64,000 nt of DNA, from the NCBI GenBank assembly GCA_001662655.1, contig KV460228.1; one strand, 5' to 3'. The stretch is from Pseudogymnoascus verrucosus (lineage: Eukaryota). The notes under the pieces were generated by a model, which was not told where the DNA came from, did no database searches, and saw only the letters and a program-made list of their open reading frames with translations. The translations under genes were made by a program, and so were the position numbers. Of the stretch, positions 26,242 to 39,183 are shown in pieces (position 1 is the first letter of the stretch; each line of letters begins with the position of its first letter).

Positions 26242-26631
26242 ATAGGGTAGGGTTTTATGCAGTAGACAGCGGATATCATATGTGCTGCGTAGGGCGGGAA
26301 GTTGTGATACTTAGATGAATATATTCACTTCTGATCAGGATTCTTGGCCCTCTCACTATGTACCGGGTGGTCCTAATTACCCCTGACCCCATAGCACCGC
26401 CCGTTGGTATCCATGATCTCTTACAATCACATGTGATGTGGCTGCTTGATTAGTAGTTAATTTGGGACTTCGATCAAACACAAGCTGCAGTGGTTGGAAT
26501 GGCAGCGTAAATACGGCTGATCAGAACCCAATATCGGCTCATTCTCGCACCTGGACCATTCCATGTACACTCTAATGCTGAAGGTGGCTCGTTTCTATCA
26601 CAAGCTCTCGGGGATGTAGAAAGGGGTCGGT

Positions 26632-27288
26632 CAGTGTTCGGCACGGATACCAATATACCCGTAGTATCCGGGTATATCCTCGAGTATATACCTACCCGGC
26701 GATATTTGAAGAGTATCCGGCGTATCCGGATACTCTCGAGTATATATCCGGATACATGCCAAGAGTAGCCAAGCATAGCTAAGGCTTCTTTTTACAGACG
26801 TCGTCTTAACGTTATGCTTAAACTATAGCCTTATAAGCATACTAATATCCTTAATATCTAGTTATTACCTATTACTTAGGCTATTTAGTAGTTCTAGTAA
26901 CCTCTATAGCCTTAGAACAAGTATTTAGTAATAGTAGTAATATTATTATAAAAAAGCGAAATAGGTTATTACTACTAATAATTATTTACTTTACTTATAG
27001 AATTATATTTAGACATAAGAGGCTAATAGTAATAGTAATAATACTACTAATAAGGTAAATGAATAAGTATAGTAGGCATAGGAGTAGAGGGAGTATAGGG
27101 AATATAGGGAGTATAGGGGGTTAGGTTGGTTAGGGTATTACTATTCTTAAAAGCTTCATTTTTATATGCTCTATTTCAGCCTCATGTATCCGGATATATA
27201 CCTACTCTACCCGTGAGATCTTGGCCGGGTATATACCCTACCCGTGAGCATCACGGATACTACCCGGATATGTATCCGCCGAACACTG
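26632..27288 (+). mobile_element. Non-autonomous hAT DNA transposon (internal deletion derivative) with RIP-mutated core
   Basis: TIRs CAGTGTTCGGC...GCCGAACACTG; perfect 8-bp TSD GGGTCGGT at 26624-26631 and 27289-27296; subterminal TATCCGG/CCGGATA motifs; AT/TpA-rich core encoding a hAT dimerisation-domain relic. Confidence 0.93.
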
Positions 27289-27587
27289 GGGTCGGTTATC
27301 AAATGCTACAATCTAGGTTATGGGATAATATTTTATTTGTCTATTAAATTACTCATAAAATAAAATCTATCAATTTCGACATACATCTTAAATTTCAGCG
27401 TGATGTAGCTCCACTCTTAACAGTAGCTGACCAAATAGCAGACCAAAACTCAGTCTGATACTATTGAAGACGGGAAGGGTCCCCGTTAGCTTGGTGATGA
27501 GAGCGATTGTGAATTTACGTTTCATGGCTTCTGCAACAGGACCACTGCAACAGGACCACCATCTTAAGGTGCCAATTGAGTATTCCT

Positions 27588-28332
27588 CTATTTTGCCTGC
27601 AAAGCCGCCAACTTATCCTCCACAATCTTCTCAATCAACTTTTGCAATGCCTCCGGCACACCCCCTCCCTCAAAGTATCCCTCCACACTCTTCGCCGCAT
27701 ACTTCCCCATCATATCAACCTCCACATTCACATCCCCACCCACCGGCTTCGCCGCCGTCACAACCCGCGTCTGCGTATACGCAATGAGCATGACCTCAAA
27801 CCAGCCCTCCACATCATCCACCTTCGTGATCGTCAAGCTCGCCCCATCCAGCGCCACAAACCCTTTCTCAACAATATACTTCATCACCTCCTTATCCCTC
27901 GGTCTCAGCCTGAACGTCACCGCCTCTCCATCCGGGGTCTTCGCATCGATAGTCGCAACGGTGTCAACGTGTCCCTGCACGAAATGTCCGCCCATGCGCG
28001 TGTGTGACGAGACGGCGCGCTCGAGGTTGACAGAGTCACCCTGCGCCAGCGAGCCGAGGTTCGTGCGGCGCAGGGTTTCGGGCGCGACGCCGACGGTGAA
28101 GGTGGAGTCTGTGAAGGCGGTTACGGTGAGGCAGGTGCCGTTGACGCTTATGGAGTCGCCATCATGGCAGTCGATGAGCACGGGGGCGGCGTTGGAGATT
28201 ACGAGCGTGGTGCCGCCGGATGCATCGGAGGGGTTGAGAGAGGAGACAACTGGGGAGGGAGGTTAGCGGGGCATTGGGAGCGGAGAGGAGGGAAGATGTA
28301 CCTCCGAGGATTTCGACGATGCCGGTGAACAT
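27588..28332 (-). CDS. RIB5: Riboflavin synthase (alpha chain)
   Basis: Exon 1 MFTGIVEILG, intron at about 28301-28250, then GDSISVNGTCLTV, VNLERA, GGHFVQGHVD, KGFVALDGASLT and VNVEVD. Confidence 0.95.
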
Positions 28333-28903
28333 CTTGGCTGGGGAGAGGGTATTTTGGAGTGTCTGTTGAGCTTGGTAATGGGGTTTGGAGTCACCTTGGG
28401 AGGGTTTGGCGGGGTGCTACTTTATTGCGGGGTTCATCCCGATTAGCGGCACGTCGCTTCGTCGGGGATTCTTCTGGAACACTGGAACGCCAACTCCCGA
28501 GCCTTGGTGCACTGACTTCCTTCTCCACCTCCCTGCGCTACCCCAAAATGATCGTCGGCGCTACAACCTTTTGAAGCCTATTTTTTGTCGGAGGAGGTGT
28601 CTCCGTTGAGACCGGCGAGACGGAGACATGGGTGTATATTGCTTCGCTCGCTTTTTTAACGCGTCTACTATCACTTTTCAGGTCGCACAGGCACAGGAAC
28701 GAAATTTAGCCATTGGGAAGCCTTAGCGGGACTGGGGGATAGGGATGACCCCGAATTATGATGGCCTTGTTATGTTGGAACTGTGCGGGGAAAAGCATGT
28801 TTTTGTTTTGGGAGATTGCAGCCTTGTCAGTATAAGTACTGTTGTTAAGGCCCGTCGCTGTCGTTCTCCATTCCATTGAGTCGCGACAGCATCACTCGCC
28901 ATC

Positions 28904-30425
28904 ATGTCCATCTCGAAGCTCTCACTCCTGGCGCTCGTCTCCGCCGCGGCTGCTCTGCCCGGAGGCAACAGCTGGACGTCTTCTCTCTCCTCCTGGGGAA
29001 CCGGCACCTTCGCCCCCTTCAAGCCTATCATCAGCTCGCTTTTCCCTCAGCTCGGCGCGCCCCTGACGCCCGAGATCCTCGCCACCTTCGCGCAGCCGAC
29101 TCTCGCCAATATCGCGCGCAACTCGTATGTTACGCGCAAGGGCTCCAAGCTGCTTCTCAATGGCGAACGCTACGTTGGTGGAGGCGCAAATGTTTACTGG
29201 CTCGGCCTTGACGAGAATGTGATCCCACCTGCTGGAGAGCCGTTCTATGAGCCGTTCAAGGCGAGCTATCCGAGCCTCGGCCGCATCACGGAGGTCATGA
29301 ACACGCTGGTGACGATGGGAGCGAAGACGATCCGCAGCCAGACGTTGGGGGTCAGCACGGGGAACCCGCTGAGCATCATGCCTACGCTCGGGGTGGTCAA
29401 TGAGGAGGCCTTCGCGACGATTGACTGGGCTGTGTTCCAGGCGAGACAGCACGGGTTGAGGATCATTATTCCTCTCACAGATGCCTTCGTATGTACAATT
29501 CCACCCAGTCTCTCATGACCTACTAACAGCTCCACAGGACTACTACCACGGAGGCCGATTCAACTTCCTCCGCTGGCGCGGCATCAACATCACGCAGAAC
29601 GACGCCTCTCCCCTCGTCCAGGAGTTCTTCACGAACCGCCAGATCATCAACGACTTCAAGAACTACATCCGCATCCACATGACGCACAAGAACCCCTACA
29701 CCGGGCTCACCTACGCGCAAGACCCTACCATCCTCGCCTACGAGACGGGTAATGAGCTATATGGCAACGTCTGGGGCGACATGAACGTGCCTCGCGCGTG
29801 GGTGCAGGAGATCGCGAAGTATATCAAGACCCTTGGCCCACACAAGCTCGTCCTCGACGGCACGTATGGTATCAACACCACGCATCTTGATATTCCGGAG
29901 GTGGACATCTACTCGGACCATTTCTACCCGCTGGACACGAAGAAGCTGTCAGCGGGGATTGAGAAGGTGAGGGGCGCTGGGAAGGTGTATTGGAGCGGGG
30001 AGTATGATTGGACGGGATTGAATGGGAAGGAAACGCCGCAGGGTGACTCGCTGGAGAGCTGGTTTGCAGTCATTGAAGCGGATCAGAAGAGGGCGGATTC
30101 GGTGGTTGCGGGGGATGCGTTTTGGAGCTTGTTCATGCACAATGTTCCGGATTGCCAGGTAAGCGTGCATTCATCCACTCCATTTTCCTCTTCACATTTC
30201 AAGGCCGGAAGCTGAACCCCCCTACAGAGCTTCGTGAACCACACCGACGGCTTCACGCTGCAGTACAACAACCCCTTGAACTCGGCCTACATCGACGGGC
30301 AGATCAGCCTGGTGCGCCAGCACTTCTTCCGCATGCAGGGGATCGCCGTCGACGGGTACTTGCCGGCGGTGGCGTGTCCGCAGAACTTCGTGCCGGGGTA
30401 TGATGCGCAGTACACGAATTATTAG
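28904..30425 (+). CDS. Secreted GH5 glycoside hydrolase, beta-mannanase-like
   Basis: Signal peptide MSISKLSLLALVSAAAA; GANVYWLG; acid/base motif YETGNEL; SDHFYP; nucleophile region GEYDW; two introns (~29489-29538, ~30159-30227). Confidence 0.85.
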
Positions 30426-31446
30426 GTGCGCGGCAAGGCAAGGCAAGGCATGGCAATGGTTTGGGACGGATCTGCGCATGTTTAGATAGGGAGTTCTCGT
30501 ACCATACGCAGTGCTTTCTTGGTTGATAGGGATAACTCGTGGAATATGCTGTGCTTCCTGCTACCTGCTACAGGTGGGCAAGTGGGAGTGAAGTGCGTTA
30601 TCTTTATTTTCGTTGGGCAGCAAGAGTGGTTTTGTCGTATGGTTTTTCCCCGCCATCACTGTCGCTGTCAATGTCGCCGTCACCAGAAACCACCCCGCAT
30701 TCTGACTATTCCCGAGCCACCTACGCATTTTCTCTTCTGACCCATTGCTACTACGAGTTTCACGCATCATTCTCTGTCCTCCTCCTGCATCATCCTCACA
30801 TCATCCTTGCTCACGTGCGGTCCATTCCCCGTAACGTGTTCTGCACCTCCCTCGGCACTCCCCACCTCCGTCGGGATCTTCCGGATCCGAGCGTATTTCG
30901 CGCACACAAAAACTCACGTACAACCCCAACCCGGCTGGTTTTCTTGCCCGTGACTAGCAAACCTTATTCCCTGCGTGACTGATCCACTCATTGGTCCAAA
31001 AAAAACCGGCCTTATGACACCGCACACTGGCTGGACTCTGACTGGTAAACTGGGGTACAAACCCACGCTGGCCTGGACTGGGCTGTGCTGTGGCCCGGCC
31101 TGGTGAGAAAATGTCACGATAACTTGGCGGGGCTGGCTGGTGGTCATCAATTACCTAGACAGTATATTTACCTTATAATAGCAAACAGATCCCCGGTTTT
31201 TGCTTATTTTGATTCATTTTTCTCAATTATACCTAAATACCCTAAATACCCTCAAATTGTCCTCAAATTGACCTCCTACGAACCAAGTAGCAGTTGGAGT
31301 TAACCTCGCTGTCGCTCGCTCACCCACAGCAACAGACGACAGACGACGTGTGTACAAATGTCGCAAATGTCGTGATCTCCCAACCTCACCACCTACCTAC
31401 ATACAATCCACCCACCAAAGGCTCTACAACCACTCTACCCGCAACA

Positions 31447-33753
31447 ATGAACTGCCCCTCTCGCACCGACGACACAGACGGCCGCGAAGGTTGGAACCAG
31501 AGCCCCAACCTGCTCGCTGGCACCACACGTGCCGACTTCAACGGCCGCACAAACGCCACTGCGCGCCGCTCTTTAGATCCGGACGTTCCAGGAGAGGATG
31601 TTCCTATAGCTCAGTCCCTGGTCGACACACCGCCGCCCGAGAAGGGGGGATTGGGGAAGAAAGGGCCGGTCGTAGGGGAGAAAGGTGATCTGACGCATCA
31701 CGTGACGACTGGCGGCGGTGATGGTGGAGGAGGAGGAGATGGAGAAGGGGGAATTCATAGGAGGAAGAGGTTCTATGAGAAGGCTGGGAGGATGTTTATG
31801 AAATACGCCAGTTTCATCGGGCCTGGGTTTATGGTAAGAGAAAGGAAGAGAGAGTAGTTTGGGTACCTGTGCTAATTCCCAGCACAGATATCCGTCGCCT
31901 ACATTGATCCGGGTAACTATTCAACAGCTGTGGCAGCAGGCGCGAGCTACGAGTTCCGGCTGTTGTTCATTGTGCTGCTGGCGAATATCATTGCGATCTT
32001 CCTGCAGTCGCTGTGTATTAAGCTGGGGACGGTGTCGGGGATGGATTTGGCACAGATGTGTCGTGCGCATTTGCCATGGTGGCTGAATATATTTCTTTAT
32101 GTGTTGGCAGAGGGAGCAGTAAGTGTTCTATTGAGCCTGCTATTTAATGTGGGACAAAGCTGACTTGTGTATAGATTATTGCTACGGATATTGCAGAGGT
32201 ATGTACCACTTACAACCCAATCTTCACTATCACACCCCCAGACACTCTTCCCATGGAACTCACGTTTGCATCTAACTGCCTACCCCTCACTACCACACCC
32301 AGACACTCTTCACACAGAATGCTAACCAATCCTAGGTCATTGGCACTGCAATAGCCATCAACCTCCTCATCCCCCAGATCCCCCTCGTCGCAGGATGTGC
32401 CATCTCTATTGTGGATGTCATGCTTATCCTCATCTTCTACCGGCCAAGCGGTTCCCTCAAGGGCCTGCGCGCATTCGAGTTCTTCGTCATGGCTCTCGTC
32501 CTCGCCGTCGTCATCTGCTTCTGTATCCAACTCTCCCTCATCAAGGATACCTCCGTCGGCTCCGTCTTCCGCGGCTACCTGCCATCCAAGGAGCTCGTCG
32601 AGTCGCAAGCGTATGTCCCTCTATATCCCACCATCCCAACCCCATATTCACAGAACTCTCCCAACTAACTTGCACCAGCATTTACCAAGCCTGCGGCATC
32701 CTCGGCGCAACAGTCATGCCTCACTCCCTCTACCTAGGCTCCGGCATCGTCCAACCCCGCCTCTACGCCTACGACGTAAAACACAAACACTACACCCCCA
32801 CCCCCCCCACCAGCGCCACCTCCTCCTCCTCCGCCCTCCCCTCCAAAAACCCCTACCACCCCTCCCTCCCCGCCATCCGCTCCTCCCTCAAGTACTCCAT
32901 CACCGAACTCACCATCTCTCTCCTCACATTCGCCCTCTTCGTCAACTCGGCCCTCCTCATCCTCGCCGGCTCCTCCCTCCCCGCCTCCACAACCGACGCC
33001 TCCCTCTTCGCCATCCACGCCCTCCTCACCTCCACCATCGCCCCCGCAGCTGGAACAATCTTCGCCCTCGCCCTCCTCCTCTCCGGCATCTCCGCCGGCA
33101 TCGTCTGCACCATCGCCGGCCAAATGGTGTCTGAAGGCGCCCTTCGCTGGACCGCCGCGCCCTGGCTCCGCCGCCTAATCACCCGCTCAATCAGCATCAC
33201 GCCGAGCATCATCATCGCCGCTGCAGTAGGCAAGGATGGCCTCACCGCCGCCCTGAACGGAAGCCAAGTCGCCCTCTCCGTCGCCCTCCCCTTCGTCTCA
33301 GCACCACTCATCTACTTCACCTGCCGTAGCCGCTACATGACCGTGCGGCCGCCGCGGCCGGTCGAGCCGCACGCCGATGATGACAGTGATGACGAAGCCG
33401 AGGTGGTGGAAGGTACGACTACTGCTGGGGAAGGAACTATGGGGGGTGGTGCGAGTGTTAAAACGGAAGGAGCGACCACAGCCGTACCTGCCGTTACGAC
33501 GACGCTACCGCCGGCGGGTGGTAGCGAGGCGAAGACTAATTCTGCGCCGCGTGATAGAGAGCCACGAAGTGATGTGGCGGATGTGGTTGAAGGGGCACGC
33601 GTCGTGGCCTCGCTGGACGAGGATGCGAATGCTGGGGTGGTGAATTTCAAGAATGGGTGGGTGACGGCGGTGTTTGCGGTGTTGGTGTGGTTGTTTATTA
33701 CGGTTATGAATGTGGCGAATTTGGTGTTGTTGGGGATTAGTAAGGGGGAGTGA
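31447..33753 (+). CDS. NRAMP-family divalent metal (Mn/Fe) transporter, Smf1/Smf2-like
   Basis: MNCPSRTD start, FIGPGFMISVAYIDPGNY, ATDIAEV (24-nt micro-exon), GATVMPHSLYL and AGQMVSEG; four introns. Confidence 0.93.
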
Positions 33754-34789
33754 GGGGGAGAGGGAGTGAGTTTGAAGATGGCATCGTGTTGGTGATGTGT
33801 CACGAGCTGTGGAAGGTGATGGATTGTTTACGTGTGTTGGGCTTGGGATGGAAGGTAGTTTAGGTGGGAAAATAGTCAATTTGATCATGCTTTACGATTT
33901 ACACATTATTGAATATGCTAGTGACGTACCTGCCCTGTGATGTGTGATGTCCTTGCTTGGAGTGCTCGGTAACTGAATTGACTACGCTGGCGCTGTTTAC
34001 TAGCCTTTATTTGCGTCCACAACCCCTTTTCATTTCGTAGGGCTAGAAGCCTCTCCCAGCCACATTGTTTTGGTTTATGGCAGGAACCTTCAACGAACGA
34101 CTTCACGTCAACAGCCCACTCAATAGGATGAAGTCGAGGAGTCATACTTCGCTCACCAGTTTACAGGTAGGGAGGGAATCATTCTTTGCGTCAAAGCTGA
34201 CAGACATTGATGCATCCACCTCACGGAGCTGATGACGCAGGTGAGAAATGTCTCCTCCCCCCTGAATTGGCGTCAACGCTTGTAATTTTAAGCTTCACCC
34301 AGTGGAAATAGCTGAAGGAACAATGACAATACTGCCACGAATCGTCCGTCTCTACGTCAGAGTTGACAGCCACTGCAGTTCCAAAGTGAGGCTAGAGATG
34401 GGAAACGTCACCCCCCCCTTGAATTGGCGCCGACGCTTGCATTTAAGTTTCCACCATCTCTAATAGCTCACCACCCCACGCTGAGTTCCTACACCATCTA
34501 TCAGCTTCGCATTTGACAGCTCTTGACACTCCTAGCCTCCCCGTGACACTGGAACTGGCCACCAGAGGATGGGTATATTAACCCAGCCCTCTCCCGCCCT
34601 GGTGTCCCTTTCCTCTTTCCTCCTACAACTATTTTCCCAGCTGCCAAAACACCGTGACAACGCCTCACGACCTGCTCTCACAGCCCCAAACAGCCTTCTC
34701 AAGATCGCTGAACTCAATTACTGAACTCAATATCCATCAAGAACCGCAACTGTTCGATTTTCGATAGCTCACAGACTGAAAACGCAAGG

Positions 34790-35280
34790 AAACAAGTGTA
34801 TTCCAAGTGGAAGGGAAAAAAGCACCCACAGAGTCAGAGAACGAGAAGCAAAGAAAGAGCAACTGGTTGAGCAACAAGCTCCCAAAGAATCAGAGTACGG
34901 AAAGGCAAGTGCAAGCCAACTGGTAGAGCAACAAGCTCCCACAAAGTTGAAGCAAGGAAAAGAAGTCCAAAGCGCCTGATCTGGCATCCAGCTCCCTCAA
35001 CCTCCAAACGGAGAAAAGCAAGTGTGCTGAAACTGGTCGAGCGACGAGCTCCCTCAGCCTCCAAACGGAGAAAAGCAAGTGCAACGCACCTGGTCGAACA
35101 TCAAGCTCCCTCAGTATCTCAACGCAGAAAAGTAACTGCAAAGCAACTGGTAGAGCAACAAGCTCCCAAGTCGTGCAAGCACGAAAAGCAAGTTTGCGGC
35201 TCCTGCTAGAGAACCAAGCTCTCTTAGCGTCTGACGCAGAAGAGTAAGCGCAAGGCGTCTGGTAGAGCACCTAGCTCCCA
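34790..35280. repeat. Degenerate 56-57 bp tandem array, about 9 copies
   Basis: Anchor AGC(T/A)C(C/T)C at 34821, 34877, 34934, 34990, 35047, 35104, 35161, 35217 and 35273; consensus about GAAAAGCAAGTGCAAnnnAACTGGTAGAGCAACAAGCTCCC. Confidence 0.85.
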
Positions 35281-35563
35281 CAGCCTCGTGGCACGGAAAC
35301 TAGCGGCTCACCTCTAGCTTCAATACACCTAAAAGTGATAGTTAGAGCGATTGAAGCCGAGAAGGGAGAGTTAAGCCAGAAGTTCAACTGCAAACCTGTC
35401 GAAAGGAGATAAATTCATCTCAACCTTAAAAAACCACTACACATCACCAACCTCAAAAATCGTAACATCACCAATCTTACGAACAAAACTATACTCGTTT
35501 ACCTTATTTACCTTACTCTTACACATACCTATCACCTTTCTCAACATCTATAATCTCCCAAAA

Positions 35564-36447
35564 ATGTCCGCCCTACCAACCCCGCCGATCACCCCCTTCG
35601 AGGCTACCTTCCTCGATGTCGTGAACGACATCGCTGAAGCTCACCACCCAAGCCCTGCCATTCCTGCTATCCCTGCTATCCCTGCTATTCCTCATAATTT
35701 CTCTCTGACGCCCCTCCAACTGCTCCCTAAGAGGCTTAATTACCGCCGTCATCAAGCCCGCCAAAATCCACAAGCTCAAGTAGTTGTGGTCACTGAGGCC
35801 GAGATCACTATAGCGGGGCCACAAATGCAGAATGCCATGTGGGGCATCGACAGGGTCAGCGAGAGCGAGAGAGCTGAAGCAGCAGCGATTCTTGAAGCGA
35901 CGGTCGACCGATGGGTTGTGTCGCAGAGAAATGGCGGGATGTTGCCAAGATGGTTGTGCGATGACGAGGTTTGTATGCCCCTGCTGTTATTACCGGGAAT
36001 TGATGCTGACAAGCGATTTAGAAAAAGAGCGGCCGTGTTTACGACCGTCTCTGGAAGGTCGAAACTGCAAGATTAATCCCATGGAGATACGCTCCCGCAG
36101 ACTACACGGGGCCTACGCTCTTGTATGATGTTTTGATCGACCGTGTCAGAAGAATACAAATCCAGGACCAGGCAAGGCTTCGAGATGTTGAGGACAACCT
36201 CGGCGTTTGGGGGAGGGAAATGGAGGTGACGATAAAGAGGAGAGAAAACGAAGAGGACACTGAGGATGAGGCGGATGAGGACGTCGAGATGAGAGAAGAG
36301 TCCACCGAAGACGAAACGGAAGATGGTGACTCCGAGGAAGAAGAAACATCCGGAGAAGAAACTTCGGACGAAGAAACCTTCTACAATGAGGAAGATTACA
36401 TGTTCGATGAGGCGGAAGAAGATAACTGGAGGTTGAGGTGTGAGTGA
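35564..36447 (+). CDS. Hypothetical protein with D/E-rich C-terminus
   Basis: AAAATG start. Intron ~35969-36020 (GTTTGT..GCTGAC..TAG) joins ORF 35564 to KKSGRVYDRLWKVET..LYDVLIDRVRR and an acidic tail. The exact 3' end is uncertain. Confidence 0.7.
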
Positions 36448-37794
36448 GATATTACGAGTGCGCAGATAACCAAGTTAACGGTACTGCACTGGCGTTGCTA
36501 GCAACTTTTAAGCTCGGCATCGGACGAACAGTTTTGACAAGCAACACATCACCAAAAGCAAAAGTGTGACTCGGCGTTTTATTTTTACTGGCGGTTTAGG
36601 CATTGGCTTGGGATGGATGCATTATTTCATGAGCGGTTTTCGGGATAGCGTTTTTTTGTATCTGTGGGTTGGTGTCTGGGACCGGCGAGTGTCCTCGGCA
36701 TCAACCTAGAAAGCGAGCGTTGTTTATGGCGATGGATTGGGTGGATTGGAGTTATTCTTAGCGCACGTTCATCAATATCAGAAAGTGCGAGACTCCACAT
36801 TGAGGCATTTGTTCATGGCTTGCGGGAATAGCGAGCAGCATTATTGCAATGACAACACATTAACTTCATGATGAGAACCTTGCATTAACATTTGTATTGG
36901 TATTCGTAAACTACTCCAACTCAGCTTGTGTGAGTACGCATTGTGGGAGCGCGTACATTATTTGAACTCTTTCTCCCTTCTGTAGTACAGTCTCGTATAT
37001 ATGCAGTGTATCAGCCACGACAGAGAGGAATTGTCAGACATTATCCATGAGTCGGGGGAATTTGACATCTCGTCTGCTCTGTCTTACTCCAAAAATGGCC
37101 TTCTGCTTGTGCGATTCTTACCGAACCATAGAGCTTACACCGTTGGACCTGCATTACTGTACAAAAACTTCCACATCAGGCCTAAGCTGCCAGCGAATTG
37201 AATTGTATACTCTGTACTAAAATCCACGTTAGACAAGGGTGTAGCGGGCCAATCCGACGGCAGAGCTCGGTAGTTGGGTTATTTTGGGATCGTTGACGTC
37301 AGATGCGGGATTGTGGCTTTCCCCAAGAACTAAATACGAGGGTTCAGCTAGAGAATCAGGTCCCATGGATACTCAACGATCAACATGACAGGTTCCTTAA
37401 TTGATTAACAATACGAGACGATCAGCATGACAGGTTCCCTTCACGACGCATTTCCGACGCTTTGCGGCTGCTCAACCCATTCCTGTGGACTCGATCAACA
37501 CGTCAACATGTCGATCACCTATCTCACGTGCCTTTCGCTGGCTGGCCACATACGAGGTGGATGTAAGCCTTGAGCGAGCATTCCATTTTTTCGTGCAACA
37601 GTGAGACAAATGTTTGATATGGATATATAAACAGGAAGAGCTTCCCAAGGTTTTAGTTTGATCATGCTCAGTATTCTCCATTGCTCAGTATTCTGCCTTG
37701 ACCAATATCAACTCCAATTACCACACACCTACCTCTCCCCAGTACTCAATCAGATAATTATACAATACCAAAATAATAAACCCTCCTCGCCACC

Positions 37795-38262
37795 ATGCGT
37801 ACAGACTTCCTCGCCGCCCTCCTGGCAACAGCCGCAACCTACACCTCCGCCTCCGCCATCCCCCAACACCAATCCCACAACACCTGCCTCAACATCCCCA
37901 CCTTCCAAGCAACCGACTACAACTGGGGCTGCTCCCCCGGCGGCTGCGGCTCGAACTTCAAACTCGCCGCCGCAACCGGCTACCGCGAAGGTGCTCCCGG
38001 TTTCAACGTCCAGTGCAGTCCCATCTTCATCCAGCAGCTGTGGGTGCCCTGCCGCAACGCCGATGGCAGCGAGTTGCCCGCCACATCGAGGGTCGAGGCT
38101 ATCTGGACGCAGGGGCCGGATTATGAGCGTCAGTTCCTTGGGGTGGCACATATTTATCTGAGGGAGGATGGGAAGACGGTTAATGCTACGGGGCGCACAG
38201 ATATCCTGCCTGTGAGGGGGGCGCCGATGCAATTTTTGTTCCCCGTGACGATTATTAGCTAG
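37795..38262 (+). CDS. Small secreted Cys-containing protein (155 aa)
   Basis: CACCATG start, signal peptide MRTDFLAALLATAATYTSASA, WGCSPGGC motif, TATA (TATATAAA) near 37624. Confidence 0.8.
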   Translation: MRTDFLAALLATAATYTSASAIPQHQSHNTCLNIPTFQATDYNWGCSPGGCGSNFKLAAATGYREGAPGFNVQCSPIFIQQLWVPCRNADGSELPATSRVEAIWTQGPDYERQFLGVAHIYLREDGKTVNATGRTDILPVRGAPMQFLFPVTIIS

Positions 38263-38270
38263 GAGGAGAG

Positions 38271-38785
38271 CACGTGCTTCCTACTTGTTTTGTGGGCATA
38301 GTTGATAGCGCCGTCAGTTTATGTTTGAGCGAAGCTGGGTATAATGAGAAATGATTAGACAAAAGCACTTGTTGAAGGAATTTGTCCTAAGGGAAACGTG
38401 CCATGGTGTACAGAACGCGCGTACACCAGCGCCCGCCAAGTATCACAACTGCGGCTCATGTCCCGTATCCCTACTATTCCACTTGTATAATTGCAACGAG
38501 CCGTTATTATACCGCCATGTCTTCCGGGATCGGAACGTTTTCCAGCCCTGAACGGCATCCCGCTTGACATGTGTGGAATAAAATAGTGGGCGGCGATAGT
38601 GATACAGGGGGAGCTCCACCATGACCCACAAACGGAAAATAAGCAGGCCGACACCCGATCTTGGCAGGTGCCGAGGCGGCAGCAAAAGGTGGGGGTTATT
38701 TGGGGCACAGCAAGGGTCTCGATATTAAGCACATGGTGCTAAGGGAAGCCAAGAAACAACATCATCTTATGAAGCCCAGCACGTG
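38271..38785. promoter_or_regulatory. Candidate PHO boxes upstream of the phytase
   Basis: CACGTG at 38271 and 38780; AACGTG (CACGTT on minus) at 38395. These match the Pho4/NUC-1 bHLH consensus. Confidence 0.4.
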
Positions 38786-39183
38786 TCTCTTGTGCCTCCA
38801 ACGTTTCTCCTACCCTCCAATGAGTTGGCCATGATAGCCCACGGATAACGGACGTGAAAGTCTCACACGATAACAATTGCTTGGGAGCTCGCTGAGAACG
38901 GCATCTTTAAGCTTGTACCTGTCAGGCGTGGGTTCTGGAAACATGCAAGCGAAGACATTGCATCGTAGATCACTCTCAGTATCTACGATCCTTGCGCTCC
39001 ACGAGCCGATCACGGCTGCGTTGAAGGGATGGAAGACTGATTAGAACATCCTTGGGAGCTATAGCTCGGGAATTTTATATTGCTTTTGCATCATGGCTTC
39101 GTCCCTACATAAACAGAGGTGTGACCTCGCCATAAACCCCTTCTCACTATCCCATCCAACCAGTCCGCTCGTTTAAAGCTGCG

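Noticed and set aside
27115..27135. TTAGG/TTAGGG telomere-like words
   Set aside because: Only one full hexamer, inside the RIP-mutated transposon; not a telomeric tract.
34790..35280. CRISPR-like appearance of the periodic array
   Set aside because: The context is eukaryotic, whole units are homologous with no unique spacers, and there are no cas genes.
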